NCBI RefSeq assembly: GCF_000143415.4
Contig: NW_003314300.1
Location: 1,037,014-1,101,013 of the forward strand
DNA from: Selaginella moellendorffii
Lineage: Eukaryota > Plantae > Lycopodiophyta
DNA length: 64,000 nt
Reading direction: 5' to 3'
Part shown: in pieces, positions 39,985-54,479 of the stretch
Layout of the letters: each line of letters begins with the position of its first letter
Position numbering within the stretch: the first letter of the stretch is position 1
Notes under the pieces: generated by a model
Seen by the model: the letters and a program-made list of their open reading frames with translations, nothing else
Database searches by the model: none
Told to the model about the DNA's origin: nothing
Position numbers and translations under genes: made by a program

Positions 39985-42526
39985 ATGGCTTTTCTTCGCC
40001 TTGCTGCCAAGGTTTTCATGGCGATTGTCTTCGCAGGATGGATGATGGTCTGGATCATGAGGCCAACGAGAACTTGGACAAACAATTTCTGGAATCCAGT
40101 TCTTCGTCATGTCTCCACCAAAGCATATGGCGACACTGGTATATAATCTCGCCAGGAAATTGATAGCACTGCTCACTGTGATTCTTCCAAAATCTTTCCA
40201 GGGGCATACACTCTTATTTACTTCTCCCCCATACTACTGGTGGCGTTTGTTGGAGCCATTTATCTTAGTTACAGCAAGAAAAGCAAGTGAGCTAGAATCT
40301 CNNNNNNNNNNNNNNNNNNNNNNNNNNNNNNNNNNNNNNNNNNNNNNNNNNNNNNNNNNNNNNNNNNNNNNNNNNNNNNNNNNNNNNNNNNNNNNNNNNN
40401 NNNNNNNNNNNNNNNNNNNNNNNNNNNNNNNNNNNNNNNNNNNNNNNNNNNNNNNNNNNNNNNNNNNNNNNNNNNNNNNNNNNNNNNNNNNNNNNNNNNN
40501 NNNNNNNNNNNNNNNNNNNNNNNNNNNNNNNNNNNNNNNNNNNNNNNNNNNNNNNNNNNNNNNNNNNNNNNNNNNAATTCACGAACTCTCAACTGAGATT
40601 TATTTTTCTTGAAAGGTGGCAGAGGAAGTTTAACATCGTTGGAGGCAGGCTTGGAGCTGCAGGAGCCGTCCCGTTTGCTTGTCTTTTCTTTCCAGTTGCA
40701 AGATTTTCCTCCCTTTTCCAGCTTATCAAAATTCCTTTTGAGCACTCAATCCGGTATCACATTTGGATTGGGCATATTATGATGGTTATATGGTCAGCTC
40801 ACAGTATCGTGTATGTCATGTATTGGCCAATTGCTCACAAATCCAAAGAGGTAAAGCCTTTTTAAAAATATTTTTAAAAAAATTATTATACTGTTTTTGG
40901 TCCAGTTTATTTTGTGGGAGAAGACGAGCATTGCTGGTTTTACTGGCATGTTTGCATGGATTGTTGGACTGCTTATTTGGGTCACGTCACTCAATCCTGT
41001 TCGCAAGCAGAGATTTGAGCTCTTTTATTATACCCATCAGCTCTACATTTTGTTTGTGATTGGATTCGTTTTTCATGTGGGAGAGAAATGGCTTGCCATG
41101 ATGGTTGCAGGGATTTTTCTCTTCACCATCGATAGACTATTCAGGTTCTTACAATCCAGAAGGCATGTTGAGGTGGTATCAGCGAGGATGATCTCTAGTG
41201 AGACCATAGAGCTCACGTTTGCAAAACTCCCAAGTATTATATTTATCTATTTTTTATTTCTGTATTAATCTATTTTTGCAGATATGAATTATCCCGCAGC
41301 AAGTGTGATTTTTGTGAACCTCCCTGCAATTTCGGGTCTCCAGTGGCATCCATTTACAGTCACCTCCTGCTCTGGAGTCGAGCTTGACAAGCTCTCGATT
41401 TTAGTGAAGTGCAGTGGAAAATGGACATACAAGCTCAGGGAGCTGATCGTCCAAGAGGGTTACAAAGGCATTTCCAACGAGAATCCAAGTCCATCTCATT
41501 TTGAAGCTGTGATCGAAGGTCCCCACGGGCATAACATTGACTATTTGCATATGTAAGTGTATCAAATATTTGACTTTGCTTTTATGATGGGTTACTTTGT
41601 TAGATATAAGACGTACTTATTCGTTGCTGGGGGAAGTGGAATAGCTCCTTTTCTATCGATTATCAAGGATCTCCTCCACAAGGTCCAAACAAAGCAGCGC
41701 ACTCCACCGGAGAAGATTGTTCTTGTGTGGGCGGTGAGGAAGTTGGATGAGCTTGACATCCTCAAAACAATATCACTCGAGTCAATATGCCCAGACTTCA
41801 TACAAACTCTTCAAATCGATATTCAAGCTTATGTTACTCGCCAAGATATAGAAGGAGAGAAGCAACAAGCCCGGGAAAATGGGGTGTACAATGAAAAGCT
41901 GGACATTGTCAGGTTTGCTGGAAGAGCAACAACAACATCAGTGTATGCCGAGCCTTCTCCAACACGAGACATCAGTAAGATCAAGAAGCAAGTTAGAGGA
42001 ATCTCGAGAACTCAAGGCTACAAACTATATGCTGCAACGATCTTGGCGTCTTTCCTCGGTTACATGCTCCTTGCGGGAGTTATTCATCGCTATTACATCT
42101 TTCCACAAGATCACAATACTTACAAAGCTTTCTCAAGAGCAGGGAGGGGCTTCATCTCGCTCATGGAATACATTGCTGGAGTTGTGTTCTTTGGTGGAGC
42201 AACGATTCTCGCTTGGAACTGTTGGAAAGGAAAAGACTTGCACCTTGTAGATGCGCCATATGTGGGTTCCATTTCAGCTGAAGTTGGCCTCAAGCCAACC
42301 AGCATTCAGGTTGGAAAGCGTCCGGAGTTTCAAGGTGAATTGATGATCAAACTTTATAGAGGGATTAAGCATTTGATTATGTGCAGACATTATTCCGGAG
42401 CATTCAAAAGGAAGGAAGGAGTATGTGGGAGTGTTTGCGTGTGGACCTGAGGGAATGCAAGAAAGTGTGGGAGTACTTTGTCAAGCTCACAAGCTCAACT
42501 TTCATCCTCTTAACTTTGAACTGTAA
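39985..42526 (+). CDS. FRO: Ferric reduction oxidase (ferric-chelate reductase), multi-exon, interrupted by an assembly gap
   Basis: N-terminus MAFLRLAAKVFMAIVFAGWMMVWIMRPT; YHIWIGH; RFELFYYTHQLY (heme His); FAD motif QWHPFTVTS; IEGPHG; NADPH motif FVAGGSGIAPFLS; LVWAVRK; ACGPEGMQESV; C-terminal FHPLNFEL*. Confidence 0.93.
40302..40575. other. Assembly gap inside the FRO gene
   Basis: Run of N. Confidence 1.
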
Positions 42527-44919
42527 CGTGTGTTTCTGGGCTTGGAAGATTTTATTACTTTTGAAAACAATGTTCTCTACACTATAATATGGTATCAGCA
42601 TAATTTGAAGTTAAAGTTTCTACTTATTAATATACTTTACAAGCTTAGTAAAAAATTTAAATTTCTTACTATTTTTCTTTTTATAAACTTAAGTAAAAAT
42701 TTGCAAAAATCAAGCTACTGCTCCAATCTGCCAGCCCAGCACGATCAACAACATGCAATGGCTCCACAACGTGCACATGAGCTTGATTGAGCCCACTTCT
42801 TCCTCTCATAATCAGTTCACTAGGAATTTGCACTCGAATTCCCACTCGTCTGCAGCCCATTCCAGGTGCCTTCCCCTGCCAAGGCCACCAAAGTCAACCA
42901 AGCTCATCTTCACAGGCTTGATTGAGCTTGGGGGGATTGACAAGGGCTGATATGATGGAACGGGAAAAGCTACTGTTGAATGCTTGTTGTATACAGTCTT
43001 ATATACTCGTTCATCTCCTTTAATCTCTCTTAGATTCCTGCTGCAGATTCCTGTGTCCTTGACACCTTGATTCTTGCTCCAACACGATCCATTCTCCCAG
43101 ATGGCCTGGAACGAACAGAAACTGCATGGATATTGTATACAGAAATAAATCAATCTAATCTTTTGAGCATTGCTCAGGACACAAAAATGCATTCTTTTGT
43201 GAATTTGGTTTGTCAAGGTTTGCAAGAACTACACTTCAGCATACAATCCCAAGCTGTGAATGCCGGGCTTAGGGATCAAATCACAGTGCATGCTAAGTTG
43301 ATGGCATCCGCAATCCAATGCCCAATGCAGACAATAGGACAGCAGTTCTTGAAATTTTTGTTACTTATAATATACTTTGTAGTAGATTAGGGTGGGAAGG
43401 GGGAGGGTAAAAATTCATGTTTTTTTATGAAATTGTTTGCTCTTAGTCATATCTTACATGATTTTTATAACGATCTGTCCACTAATCACTTGTTGGATCC
43501 ATATTTTTGTTGATTTTTTTTTCCAATATAGAGTTTGTATATTTCCTTCATTCATCCCCCCTATGGCACTCAATCACTGTCCTTGTATCAGTTCTAGATA
43601 GTGTTAATGGGAGTTGCCTTCCACCTCAACTTCTATTAGTAGTGTTGCTATAAAATCAATTGTATGCCATATCACATATTGCCAAGAATCCAGTGCTCCT
43701 AATTTTGCAAGATTCAACCTATCATCCCTACCAAGAAGACAAGAGTTGAGCTGCTTGAGAACCAATCCAATAGGGACATGGTTGTTGAATTTTATCTATT
43801 TTCAATCTCCTAGTGACCAGCTGCTTCATTTGGATTCCTAGGTAGCATTGCCTTAGACCTGACTCATCTGATTGACTCACTTCGGCTGTAAGAGAGGTAT
43901 GAACACACTTGATTGGCTATGGTCCTAGCTGTGTGATATAGCAATCATTGCTATTGCAATTGAGGACAAGAAAAATCCTAATTTAAATGTGGATTCAAAC
44001 TTATAGTTTTTTTACTTATACATTGCATGTAGCAATGTTTATTGTAGTACCATATTTATAATTTATAAACACAAAATTAGTCTTATTTTATTTGTGAGTG
44101 CATGGAATATGGAAATGGAATACAGAAATGTGCATGTCAATTAACCTAAAAATCCTAGTTTATATATAGATATATATGAGCAAGTGGTCTGGATTGAAAT
44201 CAATCTAACAACTATTAAAATCCTACTTTACTAATATTAATATATAGCATTGTAGCTATACATTTAGACCCCCTCATCTCAAAAGAATGGAAGAAAGTTA
44301 AGGTCCTCTAATGGACAAGCTAGGATCTAAAGGAAGCTTTGATGGATCTATAAGTGGTGTTAATTGTTCATAATCTTTTTGTATGAAGTGTTTTAGCCAT
44401 TACACATTGTTGTGAATGTGACTTTGGGTATTGAAAGTTATCTATTAGCCAGTCCTTATGGACACTCTTTTCTTACTATCACGATGGCAGGAGATCGGTA
44501 TTGTTGGATCTATTATCAGTCTCCGCTTAAGCTAGTTGAGAAACTGGTCTTCGCGTGTGCATTTAACTAAAAGAGCATAAGGAAGGAATTCCTAAATATC
44601 TATTTAGTCAAGCATATTTGACCTGGTTAGAGAAACTCATTTGTTGACTTGCACTTACTAGTGTTGGGAACCCTCACGATATTGACAGTGGTCCCTCAAT
44701 ATTCGCTAAATGATAGCTTATTGTGTTTGCTAAACACCCTCGTTATCAAACCCTTTGTGTTAGTCTCATTTCGGTCCCAAATACTATTTATGGAAAGTGT
44801 CTAGATTTGCTCATTTGGCACATTTACAGAATATGGAGATTATTCTGAACACAATGGTGTTCGTCCCGTGTCCAAATTCGCAATCTAGCGCCATTTCATA
44901 TTTAGTAAGTTTTGAGTTT

Positions 44920-45600
44920 GTCCTAGAGACTAACTCATAATACTAAAGGAGGCTTGGGGTGAAAGCCCAAACTGTGTGTTTCTCCACACCATGTGTCCTA
45001 TGGACACATGGCATATGACATATAGCATGACACATGGCATATAGAGGGTTTAGGTTTTGCTTCGTGGTGTTATCCTATGGTAAATCACCATAGGATAAAG
45101 GGTCAAAACCACATGCACTACATTTGGTATCAGAGAAAGAGTCTCAATGAGTACTATACAATGAGATTGGGCAACCAGTTTCGTTGCATACGCAGAGATG
45201 AAAACGATGATCCGAGTGGGTATATATTTGGGTGCAAAGGCTTCGTAATCGTTCCTTAGGTATGAATTTGGTTACCTTTTTGTACTATAGTAATATGAGT
45301 TTACTCTTGGGCTCATAAGTGGGATTGAGTTGTTCCATTTGCATGAGTTTTCACTTGGGATCGTGAGTGAAGCACATTAGCAGCTCCAGGTTACACTCTG
45401 AGTTGGCAAGATTAATGTTAGCCTATCAGTGGTTCCATGAGTTGTTCCTTGTACCATGGGTAAAAGTAAACCTTCCCTAGGTTTGCTATGAGTGACAAAT
45501 AGGCTAGTCCATAGCTGTTTAGCACGGCACTAGTGGATCCATCTTAGGTATGATTACAAGTGGATCAATCAAAGACTGTAGGGATGAGTCTATTGATTCA
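44920..45600 (+). mobile_element. Small LTR-retroelement remnant: LTR end plus primer-binding site (PBS)
   Basis: ...CTACA TT TGGTATCAGAG at 45118-45135, i.e. a CA LTR end followed by a tRNA-iMet PBS. Left boundary is uncertain. Confidence 0.5.
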
Positions 45601-45699
45601 AGTATTTATTGCCGTGCTCTCTCATAAACTTTTCTTGGATTGGACTAAAGGCAATGTGAAAGTAAGCTCGAGGTTTAATAAAAAATGAGACCGAAAAAA

Positions 45700-48500
45700 G
45701 AGTCGTTAGAGACGAAAGATCAAACACGTAAATCATCTTCTTTTCTTGAAGAGATGAGTTGCAATAAGGTGTAACTCATTGCTCATATTCACATCATGCA
45801 GTCAAGAGTCCCTACCTTGATGTATGTTAGAAATGATGGTCTTACAAATGGTGAGTTATAAGATGGATAGCGATGAAGCGCTAAACTATTTTGTCTAAGC
45901 TTGTTATTGAAGACTTGGGTTGCAATGCTCAATTTTTTTCTAGGGAATCTTGCTATTGCTCTTTGAGTAGTTTGGTGCTAGATTAGTTTTGAGTTTGGTC
46001 GGAAAGAGAGCGGCATGAGTTTGTCTGTGTTGTGAATAAAAGTTAGTGGTGGTGGGTGTTGTAAATCTCTATCAGCGGAGTGTGGCATTTATGTTGCATT
46101 TTGTCGAATTGAGTTGACACTTAATAGTCACATAAACCTTTGAAGTAATGAAATGGGTGTTGCTCGTGGTATTACTCAATTGATGATCAAGTCATTGTGA
46201 TATTTATATCATATTTATGTGATAATAAGCAATATGTTTACGAAGTTGTTTGGTTAGACGATGATTAACCCTAAAGTGGTTGATAGTGAAACTAGTCTAC
46301 TTGCACAAAGTAGCATTGTAGTAGCTTTGACTGGATTCTCAATGGTGATCCATTATGCTAAGTTTAAATTGGTACCTTGTTCTCTAGAGGGTTTACCCAT
46401 AAAGTGTTGGAAAAGGGTTGTAACATTCACTTGCTATAGCTTGTCGGTCGATCTGTTAACACTTGGAGTAGATTGTTGGATGGAAAAGGTGTGATGTTGA
46501 GGCATTGATATCAATAACATTTGTATTAGTGGAAATGACATTGTTATGTTGAGTGATGAGGAACTTTCCTTAGAGCTTGATTTTCCATATTATTTTTCTT
46601 GTTAATGTTTTGGCTTTACATTGGATCTTGAAAGTGGTTGAAAAAAAGTGTTAGTGCAATGTGGATATTCAAAGATGTGGTCTTCGTGATCAAGCCTTAG
46701 ATGTTCATTTTGCAATTTTGCAGATATCGATGTTGGATGTCGGAAGTATGGGAAAGAAGATGTTCGAGGCTTAAGTATACTATGGGTCATGAGAATTAGT
46801 GTTAAAGTGAACCTATGTGAAGTTGTAAGTAGAAGGAAGTTGGTTGAGTTTTGAAAGTTTGTATTCTTGGACTGAGAGTCATTCTTTTTCTAAGATGGAA
46901 ATTTTTCCACAAATTTTCTTAAACTTTTTCGATGGTTGATTTGTTGATCACTTTGCCCGAAAATCATTTCGTTTTCGTAAGCTAGTACAAACTAATGAAA
47001 TGGTTAGTATGTAGTTTGTATGATGCAACCCAAAAGGGATGTTGATTTTTGGGGCTAAAGCAATTGAGTGGGATAGAGTTTTGAATTGGTTTAGAAAAGT
47101 GGTTGTTGCACTTTTCTAAGAAAGGTGACCCTTATGCCTTTTTTCTATAGCGTTCTGCTTGGTGGCAGATTGCACCTTGCATTTCGTTAGGCTTTATGAG
47201 GGTAGTGAGCTCTCACTGATCTTGACTTAATCTTGGTAGCCTTGCGCTTTGGCTGAGGATGGTGATGTCCAACTTAGTTGTTTGAAATTGAGATATAATA
47301 CTCGTATTATAGCTTTGTTTATGAGGAGGTTGTGTACCGATATGAGTTCATCTCATAGTCTTCACTTTAGTTTTGGCTGAGTGTTGATCATGCATAGTTA
47401 GCCTCTTTAAGGCATGCTTAGAGTTATTAGCTAAATGCATTAATGAGTTTATTGCGGTTAACCACTTGAATCAGTTTTAGATTGATGCAAAAATGCTTTT
47501 CATTAGCTTTGGCATTATGAAGTTTAGCTTATGAATGTGTTGAGGAGGATATTGTGGGTTGTACCATGATTTCTTCTTTAGCATTGAAGTTAGTTCATGC
47601 ATGACTTATGATCATTGTTAGGCAAAACTTGGCTATAGACTTCTTCAAGTTTTTGGTTCCTTGAATTTTCATGCTTGTTGTTCATTTGTTAGAAGTTGTT
47701 GGAGAAGGCATTTGGCTTATTAGCTTTGATGTTGAAGTTGGCTTTTCATCTAGTAGTTATAGATGATGATTGACTATCATCTAGGATAGTTAATTATCTT
47801 TGTCAGTGATTTTGCTTGATTATTGTTGATCTAAAATGATTTATTGTTCTTTGGGATAGTGGATTCTTTATTCGATGATGCTTATGCATCTTTCTCTGAT
47901 GGGATGATTGATGATATTTTGTGATGATTAGTTGTTCGCTTGATGGCTAATGGCTTTTTACATTACCACATATTCTTTGTGGTTTGCTTTGGATTGGTCT
48001 TTTGGGTTTAAAACATCGGTAGAATATTGTTGACACTTGCTTAAATAACTTGAGTTCCTTCGTATTGTGATTGGGATCTATTCAGATTGGCTAGTGTAGT
48101 AGTGAATATGAACATTATGTTTGTTAGTCTTACCACATTCATTCTATTCTGTTGATTATTGCTCAAGTTAGTTCTGATAGATTTGGGTGTAATTTCCTTC
48201 GGATGATACATTCGCGAGCATTTTGCTTATCAGTCAATAATACTTTGTGTTTTTTGAGTTATCTTTAGTAAGTTGCTTGGCATTTTATCTGCAATCTTTA
48301 ATAGTTAAGTTTTATCATTGAGTTTACTTGATGATATACTTACTATTGAATTTTGTTGGATGGTGAATCGTATGTTTACCAAAATGATGATCTTGGTGGT
48401 TCTTATACTCTAATACTAGTTTATTGGATGATAACTTATTTGGAAAACTTTTGTGTTCTCATTTAAGATATATTCACTAATAATTAAGTCTCTAAGATAT
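45700..48500 (+). mobile_element. Highly decayed non-LTR (LINE-like) ORF2 remnant
   Basis: Strong T/G skew, C depletion and no long ORFs. Only faint traces resembling endonuclease, RT and C-terminal IExGRW/zinc-finger motifs in the expected order. Weak support. Confidence 0.3.
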
Positions 48501-49099
48501 CATTGTCTATGACTTTGATATTGTCCATTTATTAATCTTTAAATTTGGGTTAGTATAGGCAGACTAGCTTTAGCACTTCGTGTGCATGGTGAAATCTCTA
48601 GTCATGGGTAGCTACTGTCGACTAGTTACATAACCCGCCTCTTTGTTGATGTTCCTTATTCCGTTAAAAGGGCGTGACCATGTAAACAACTCTAACTACT
48701 TGTTTATAGTAGTCTATCTAAACCTTACCGACGGGTTTGGTTTCTTTGTTTAGGAGGGTTGGGGCCTTTGGCTTTTCTCTCTATGTCCCTACAGGCAGGG
48801 GCATATCACACTTTTGTAAGCTGGGTGACATCCAGAGTAGCAAGGGTGGCTGACTCCATTGGTCATTTCTGTGAGACACAAAATCCCTAGGCCCCAAAGT
48901 GGAGCCGGAAGGGCGCAACGTGGTAGTGGCCGAAGCGAAAGCCAAACGAGCGTAACACGTTTGGACTAAAAGCTCCCCCTTAAAAGGTCGAGAGCGGGAG
49001 TAGAACTTTCAATGAAGTGCTCGAGGAACAAGCACAAAGAGAGCAATAAGCGAGGCTCCAAAAAGGGACCCAAAAGGACCAACACATGACACGTGGAAG

Positions 49100-49625
49100 T
49101 GTCCGAGATGGACCCGAGTTGGAGTCCGAAGTGGAGTCCGAGAAGGACCCCAAGATGGAGTCCGAGGTGGAGTCTAAGGTGGACCCGAGATGGACCCGAG
49201 ATGGAGTCCGAAATGGAGTCTGAGATGGAGTCCAAGATGGACCTGAGATGGAGTCCGAGATGGAGTCCGAGATGGACCCGAGATGGGACCCGAGATGGAC
49301 TCGAGATGGAGTCCGAGATGGAGTCCGAGAAGGACCCGAGATAGAGTCTGAGGTGGAGTCCAAGATGGAGTCCGAGATGGACCCGAGATGGACCTGAGAT
49401 GGAGTCCGAGATGGAGTTCGAGATGGACCCGAGATGGAGTCCGAGATGGAGTCCGAGATGGACCTGAGATGGAGTCCGAAGTCGAGACCGGGACCGAGAC
49501 CGAGACCGAGATCGGGACCAAGACCGAGACCAAGGCCGAGGCCGAGGGCGAGCCCGAGTCCGAGTCCGAGTCTGAGTCCGAGTTCGAGTTCGAGTCCGAG
49601 GCCGAGTCCGAGTTCGAGTCTGAGA
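49100..49625 (+). repeat. Minisatellite in the 5' LTR (GAGATGGAGTCC / GAGATGGACCC units, then CCGAGA / CCGAGT hexamers)
   Basis: Tandem 11-12 bp and 6 bp units are directly visible. Confidence 0.95.
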
Positions 49626-52600
49626 GGGTGAAAGCCCAAAGCGTTCATCTCCCAGACCCTGGGGGGTTTGGTGAGCTCCAAAAGTATAGTAAGGGGGAGG
49701 ACTGCAGTGGAGCCAGTTTGGCCAGGAAAGGCCAGTTTGGCCCAGGAAGGCTAGACCCAGTGTTGGGTGATGAGCTGCCCACTGGGAAGTCCAAGATTAG
49801 AGTGAACACAAACCGACAAGCAGGGTAGCTTGGTGAAGTGTTCAAGAGCCGGCTCTAGTTCCCCCGGGAGATTGACTGGCCGATGCTCCCAGTCCAAGTG
49901 TGGGTGGCACTATCTACTTGGATACCTGTCGTGGCTCAACGGAACCTCGCTCTAAGCCCATGGCTAGAGCACCTAAAGGCGAAAGGCGGGGAGAGTACCC
50001 ATGAGGCTTGCGTAAGGCCACGGTGTTCCGAAATGTTGTCCCAAAGTCCCAGACTGTGGAAAGGAAGAGGAATAGCCCTCTAGTGTGGTGACAAAGGACA
50101 CGGTCACCCAGTGAGGAAGTCCTAGAGGACAGTTGGACTTAGAGGTCGGGCCTGCAGGCCTTGATCCAGTGGCAGTGTTGGCGAACACGGCCATCGACAA
50201 AGAGGGACTTGGTGGGGACTGGAAAAGAGATATTGGGGAAGGTTATAATCTAAGTCTGTGAGCATCCTAAGGATGCTAAGGAGTGGATTTGGGATGATCA
50301 CTCATGGATGGATGACATAGTCTATAAGAGACAGGATTGCAATGTAGGTGGTGTTGGACCACCGGTGTGACCAAGGTGAATAGATATGGCCTCAGCGTAA
50401 CAGGCCAATATGTCGGTGGTACCTTGGGGTGTCGATCATGGGATCAGACACGTGGAGCACTTAGATCAAGTGCAAAGGTTGAGTGGCATGGATGCCATTC
50501 TTGGGGCTAGCAAGCCCCAAGTCCGAACTGGGACTTGTGGAGGTTGTGAATGAGACTCCTCCAAGTGGTCGAAGGTGTGGTTAAGTGACTAAAGTAAAAT
50601 GGAAAAATTTAGTTGCTTACAACTTGGTATCGGAGCTGTTCTTTAGTCCGACTTTTATTGGTGCTCAAGTATATCACCATTGATGTTAGCATCAGAAGGT
50701 CCTAGGAGTGGGCCTATCCTTGAAGAGTAACATGTCGAGAGGACATGGCTCTCCACTCAAGTTCATGCGTGAACTTGGGCGATGTGGTGGATAGAAAAGG
50801 GGCCGGTAAGGGAACGACTTTGGGATCTTGGGAACAGTATATGGTTTTCCTTAGAGAGTTGAGGATGTGATCCAGATGAGCGTTTGACTCAGTAAATGGC
50901 CAATGTAGTTGTGGTAAACAACTATAGTTGGGATCACAGGAAAGATAAAGACTCCAAAGCAATAAAGGAGTCACAAGATTATCCTCATATAGTTGAGGTT
51001 GGTGCTCATGAATGTGAGACCAGAAGTAATGACCGTGGGAGGTCAGATACGGAAGAGGACTCAAGTCCTTGAAATGGTAGCCGGGGCTACCTTTAATAAA
51101 TGCTGGAACAACCCAAGGAGTTGGGGGGTGTACTTAGAGATGAGTTGGTATTCTCATCACATGGACAAGTAGTCCCAAGGGGCAAAGGTTGCCCCTAGAG
51201 AACAAAATCAAGTGTCAGAGTAACACTTGTGAAAATAGTCCTTTTAAGTAGGACAGGAATGCAAGAAGTGTCATAGAGGTAGGCTTGTGGAGCTGATGGT
51301 GTGGAGATACCAAATGAGCCAAGGTGTATACTTTGAGGCTATGTTGGTGGGTTCATGAGAACCCCTTGCCAAAGGAATCCCAATGAAAATGGGAATGGCA
51401 TAGCCTAAGCGGCAGAGCATGTAGTTGGAGTGTGGTGACCCAGATAATGATGGAGGTGTGGAAGCACTAGCAATGAGTTGTAGGACTTGACAACTATGAG
51501 GCAACTAAGCAAAAAGTGCAAAATAATTAGTTAAACGGGTAGAAGGTAGCTACCCAAGCCTTCTTAATGGCATAGGGAAGTTGGACATACCCTTACGGGG
51601 GATAAGTTGTTTATGTTGCGATATAGTAAATCAATGTCATAAAAGGAAATACTCATTGTCAAGGAAGCCGTCATTGGGACACCCAAACACTCTAGAACGC
51701 CAGGAGGTGGTGTTTGATGTCGCAAGGGTAATAAATAAGGCCCAAGGGACTAAGTCCCTAGCGAATGATGGATAAAAATGGTGCTATCCAAATGTCCAAA
51801 GCTAGCGGAGACAGGAGAAGACTGTCTACTCGAATTGGATAGAGCCAAAAATGGAATTTTGGCAAGGCTAGTGATGGGCATGTAAAGGCCTGTAAGCAAC
51901 AGCGTAATCCCGGTGTGTGGGATTATAGGGTGAGTATACTTGGATTGAGGAACCACTCCCTAGGCTATTGGGTAGGTTCATCCCTAAGAATACTTGCTAA
52001 TGCATGATAGAAAGTGCAAAGCTATCCTTTTAGTCTGGAGGAGAATGACCGAAGGAAAGGTGTGAAGCCAAAAGCAAAAAATAAGGGGATAGAACCGAAC
52101 CATAGGAATCGAAGGGCATAACCAAGGTTGGTTATGCCAGCTGGGAGTGGAGAATCAAGTGGGGGCTCAAGGGTGTTGCCGCTAGCAACCGTGATGCCAT
52201 GGAGAGTCTAAAATATGGAATTGTCCATGTTAGACTATATGGTAATTGGAAAGCTTGCAAAAAGGGAGGCCTTAGCAAGTTAAGGGACAGAGTTCCTTCA
52301 AGGTTCCCAAAGACGATTCTAGGTAGCTTAGTACCTAGAAAGACTAAGTGTAAATGGTTCATAAAACATGCGAAATCAGAGTGGCGCAGCAGAAGCGTGG
52401 TCTTGAAGCTTGTCATGAGGCAAAGCTATCAAGGTTAGGGAAGTAGTTCTCGAGTGTTCAAAGAGAGGGCTTTGAACGAAAGTTAATGACCAAGAACTTT
52501 CACGCTTATGCAGGAACCATGTTACAGTGGTCGAAGGACTTGCCAAGTGAGATTGGCAAGTCGGGGGAAAAAATACCCTAGTTGAAGGTGATAACTTCAA

Positions 52601-54479
52601 AAAGGGTGAGCCATGGGGCCGAGCATGGAGGAGTCCATGCATGATCACAGACTTGTCAAGCGAGAGGACTTGGCAGTGCGGAGGAACTAGGTTCCTAAGC
52701 TGTGATCTGTAGTGCGCTTTAAATATAAGTTGGTGCACCGGTGTGGGGAGTCACGCAAGGCATCTTGTGTGATGCCGTCCATAGATGCATATACGGAGGT
52801 TGGGTTCGAGTCCCGACCCTCTAGTGCTTGGGTTTAAGTCCCAAATCACTAGGGCATGGTGATGGTTTGGAATATGAGAACACTCATATTTCGGTGGTCA
52901 TGGACTCTCAGTAGGGAGACTGGTTTGGGCACACCGCCAAGCGAGGGATGCCTCGGAGTCGTGATGCACGGTTAGATTGCTTAGTGTGAAAGCTCGGCAT
53001 ATCTAACTTGAACGCTTTGGTGCAAGTGGCACCAAGGACGTGGTGAGTGAGATGGGGACACTTAATCTCAGTTGCTATGGACCCTTGGCCATAAGGGCTG
53101 GCTTGGGTGCACCGCTAAGTGTGGGGGATGCCCCTGGGGTTATGGTCAACAACTTGAAAGTCTAGAAGACCAAGTACCTCTTGGCAACTCTGTTAAGGTG
53201 CCAAGGTGAGATCACTAGGTGATCTTATGGCCAAATAAGGACAAGGTCCTTGGTTGGCTAAGGAAAGAAGTTCCTAGTTCAAAATGTTGATTTGAACTAT
53301 TTAAGATGGTGTGGCTTGGTCAAAGTGATCAAGTGGGAAGGGCACCTAAGGGAAATAAGTTGTGTCCGTGCGATGGCATACTGAGTCCGAGGAAAGTAGT
53401 CTCTATAAGAGACCCATGGGAGGGTCACGAAGTTGGGTTGTGGATAGAGCCCATAGCAAAAGATGCTAAAGAAATGTACTAGGAGTGAACATCCTCTGGA
53501 CTTGGCAAAGAAGAGTCTTTGCTATGGAACTGAAAGGATACCTCGAAAATGGAGGTAGCGATCCTATGTTGCTGGGTGCAACAATCAAGGATAGGAGCGA
53601 AGGACTAGTAGCCAAGTTTGGGCCATGGAATTTAATGGAAGTGGACTTCCAAGGATGGATTCTTAAGTGCTCCAATTTGGCGAAGTAAAAGCTCCAAGTG
53701 AGGGAGCGGCAAAGTGGCCAAATGATAGGGCCGTGGACAACCCTAGCACAAATTATGATAACCGGAACTTAGTGCCAAAGGTGGCACGAAATCGAAGAGA
53801 GGATGATGTTGCCCTCGAGTAGAGGACTTCCTGAAAGGGGGAAGTGGAGTTGCACAATATGTGCAATGCAAGGTGTCGGAGACACCCAGGAAATTGACTT
53901 CAAGAAGTTAGAATTAAAAGTTCCAAAATGCAAGGGTTATATCGATGGAAAGTGAGACCACTTGAGAATGAGTAGTGGGATTGAGTTAGAGAAGGTGTCT
54001 CTAACAGGTTTAGTGAGAACTAAACCAATAAAAGGAGAGAACCACCACAAGTGGTCGAATGAGCTTTTAAGTTGGAGGGGCTATGCGCCTTAGAGGATGA
54101 ATAAGGCATGGTGAGCCTTTGGTGTCAAACCATAGACAAATATTGGCTAGGGGCCAAGGATGGAAATTGTAACATGTGCGGGTGTTACTTTATGAAAGGG
54201 TTTATCGTTCAATGAGGACATCGAACTTCGTATATGGGTGGTGGAGTTGTGAGACACAAAATCCCTAGGCCCCAAAGTGGAGCCGGAAGGGCGCCACGTG
54301 GTAGTGGCCGAAGTGAAAGCCAAACGAGCATAACACGTTTGGACTAAAAGCTCTGCCTTGAAAGGTCGAGAGCGGGAGTGGAACTCTCAACGAAGTGCTC
54401 AAGGAACAAGCACAAAGAGAGCAATAAGCGAGGCTCCAAAAAGGGACCCAAAAGGACCAACACATGACATGTGGAAGTG

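Noticed and set aside
42700-43960. Coding-like fragments downstream of FRO
   Set aside because: Possibly pseudogene remnants, but no family could be recognised.
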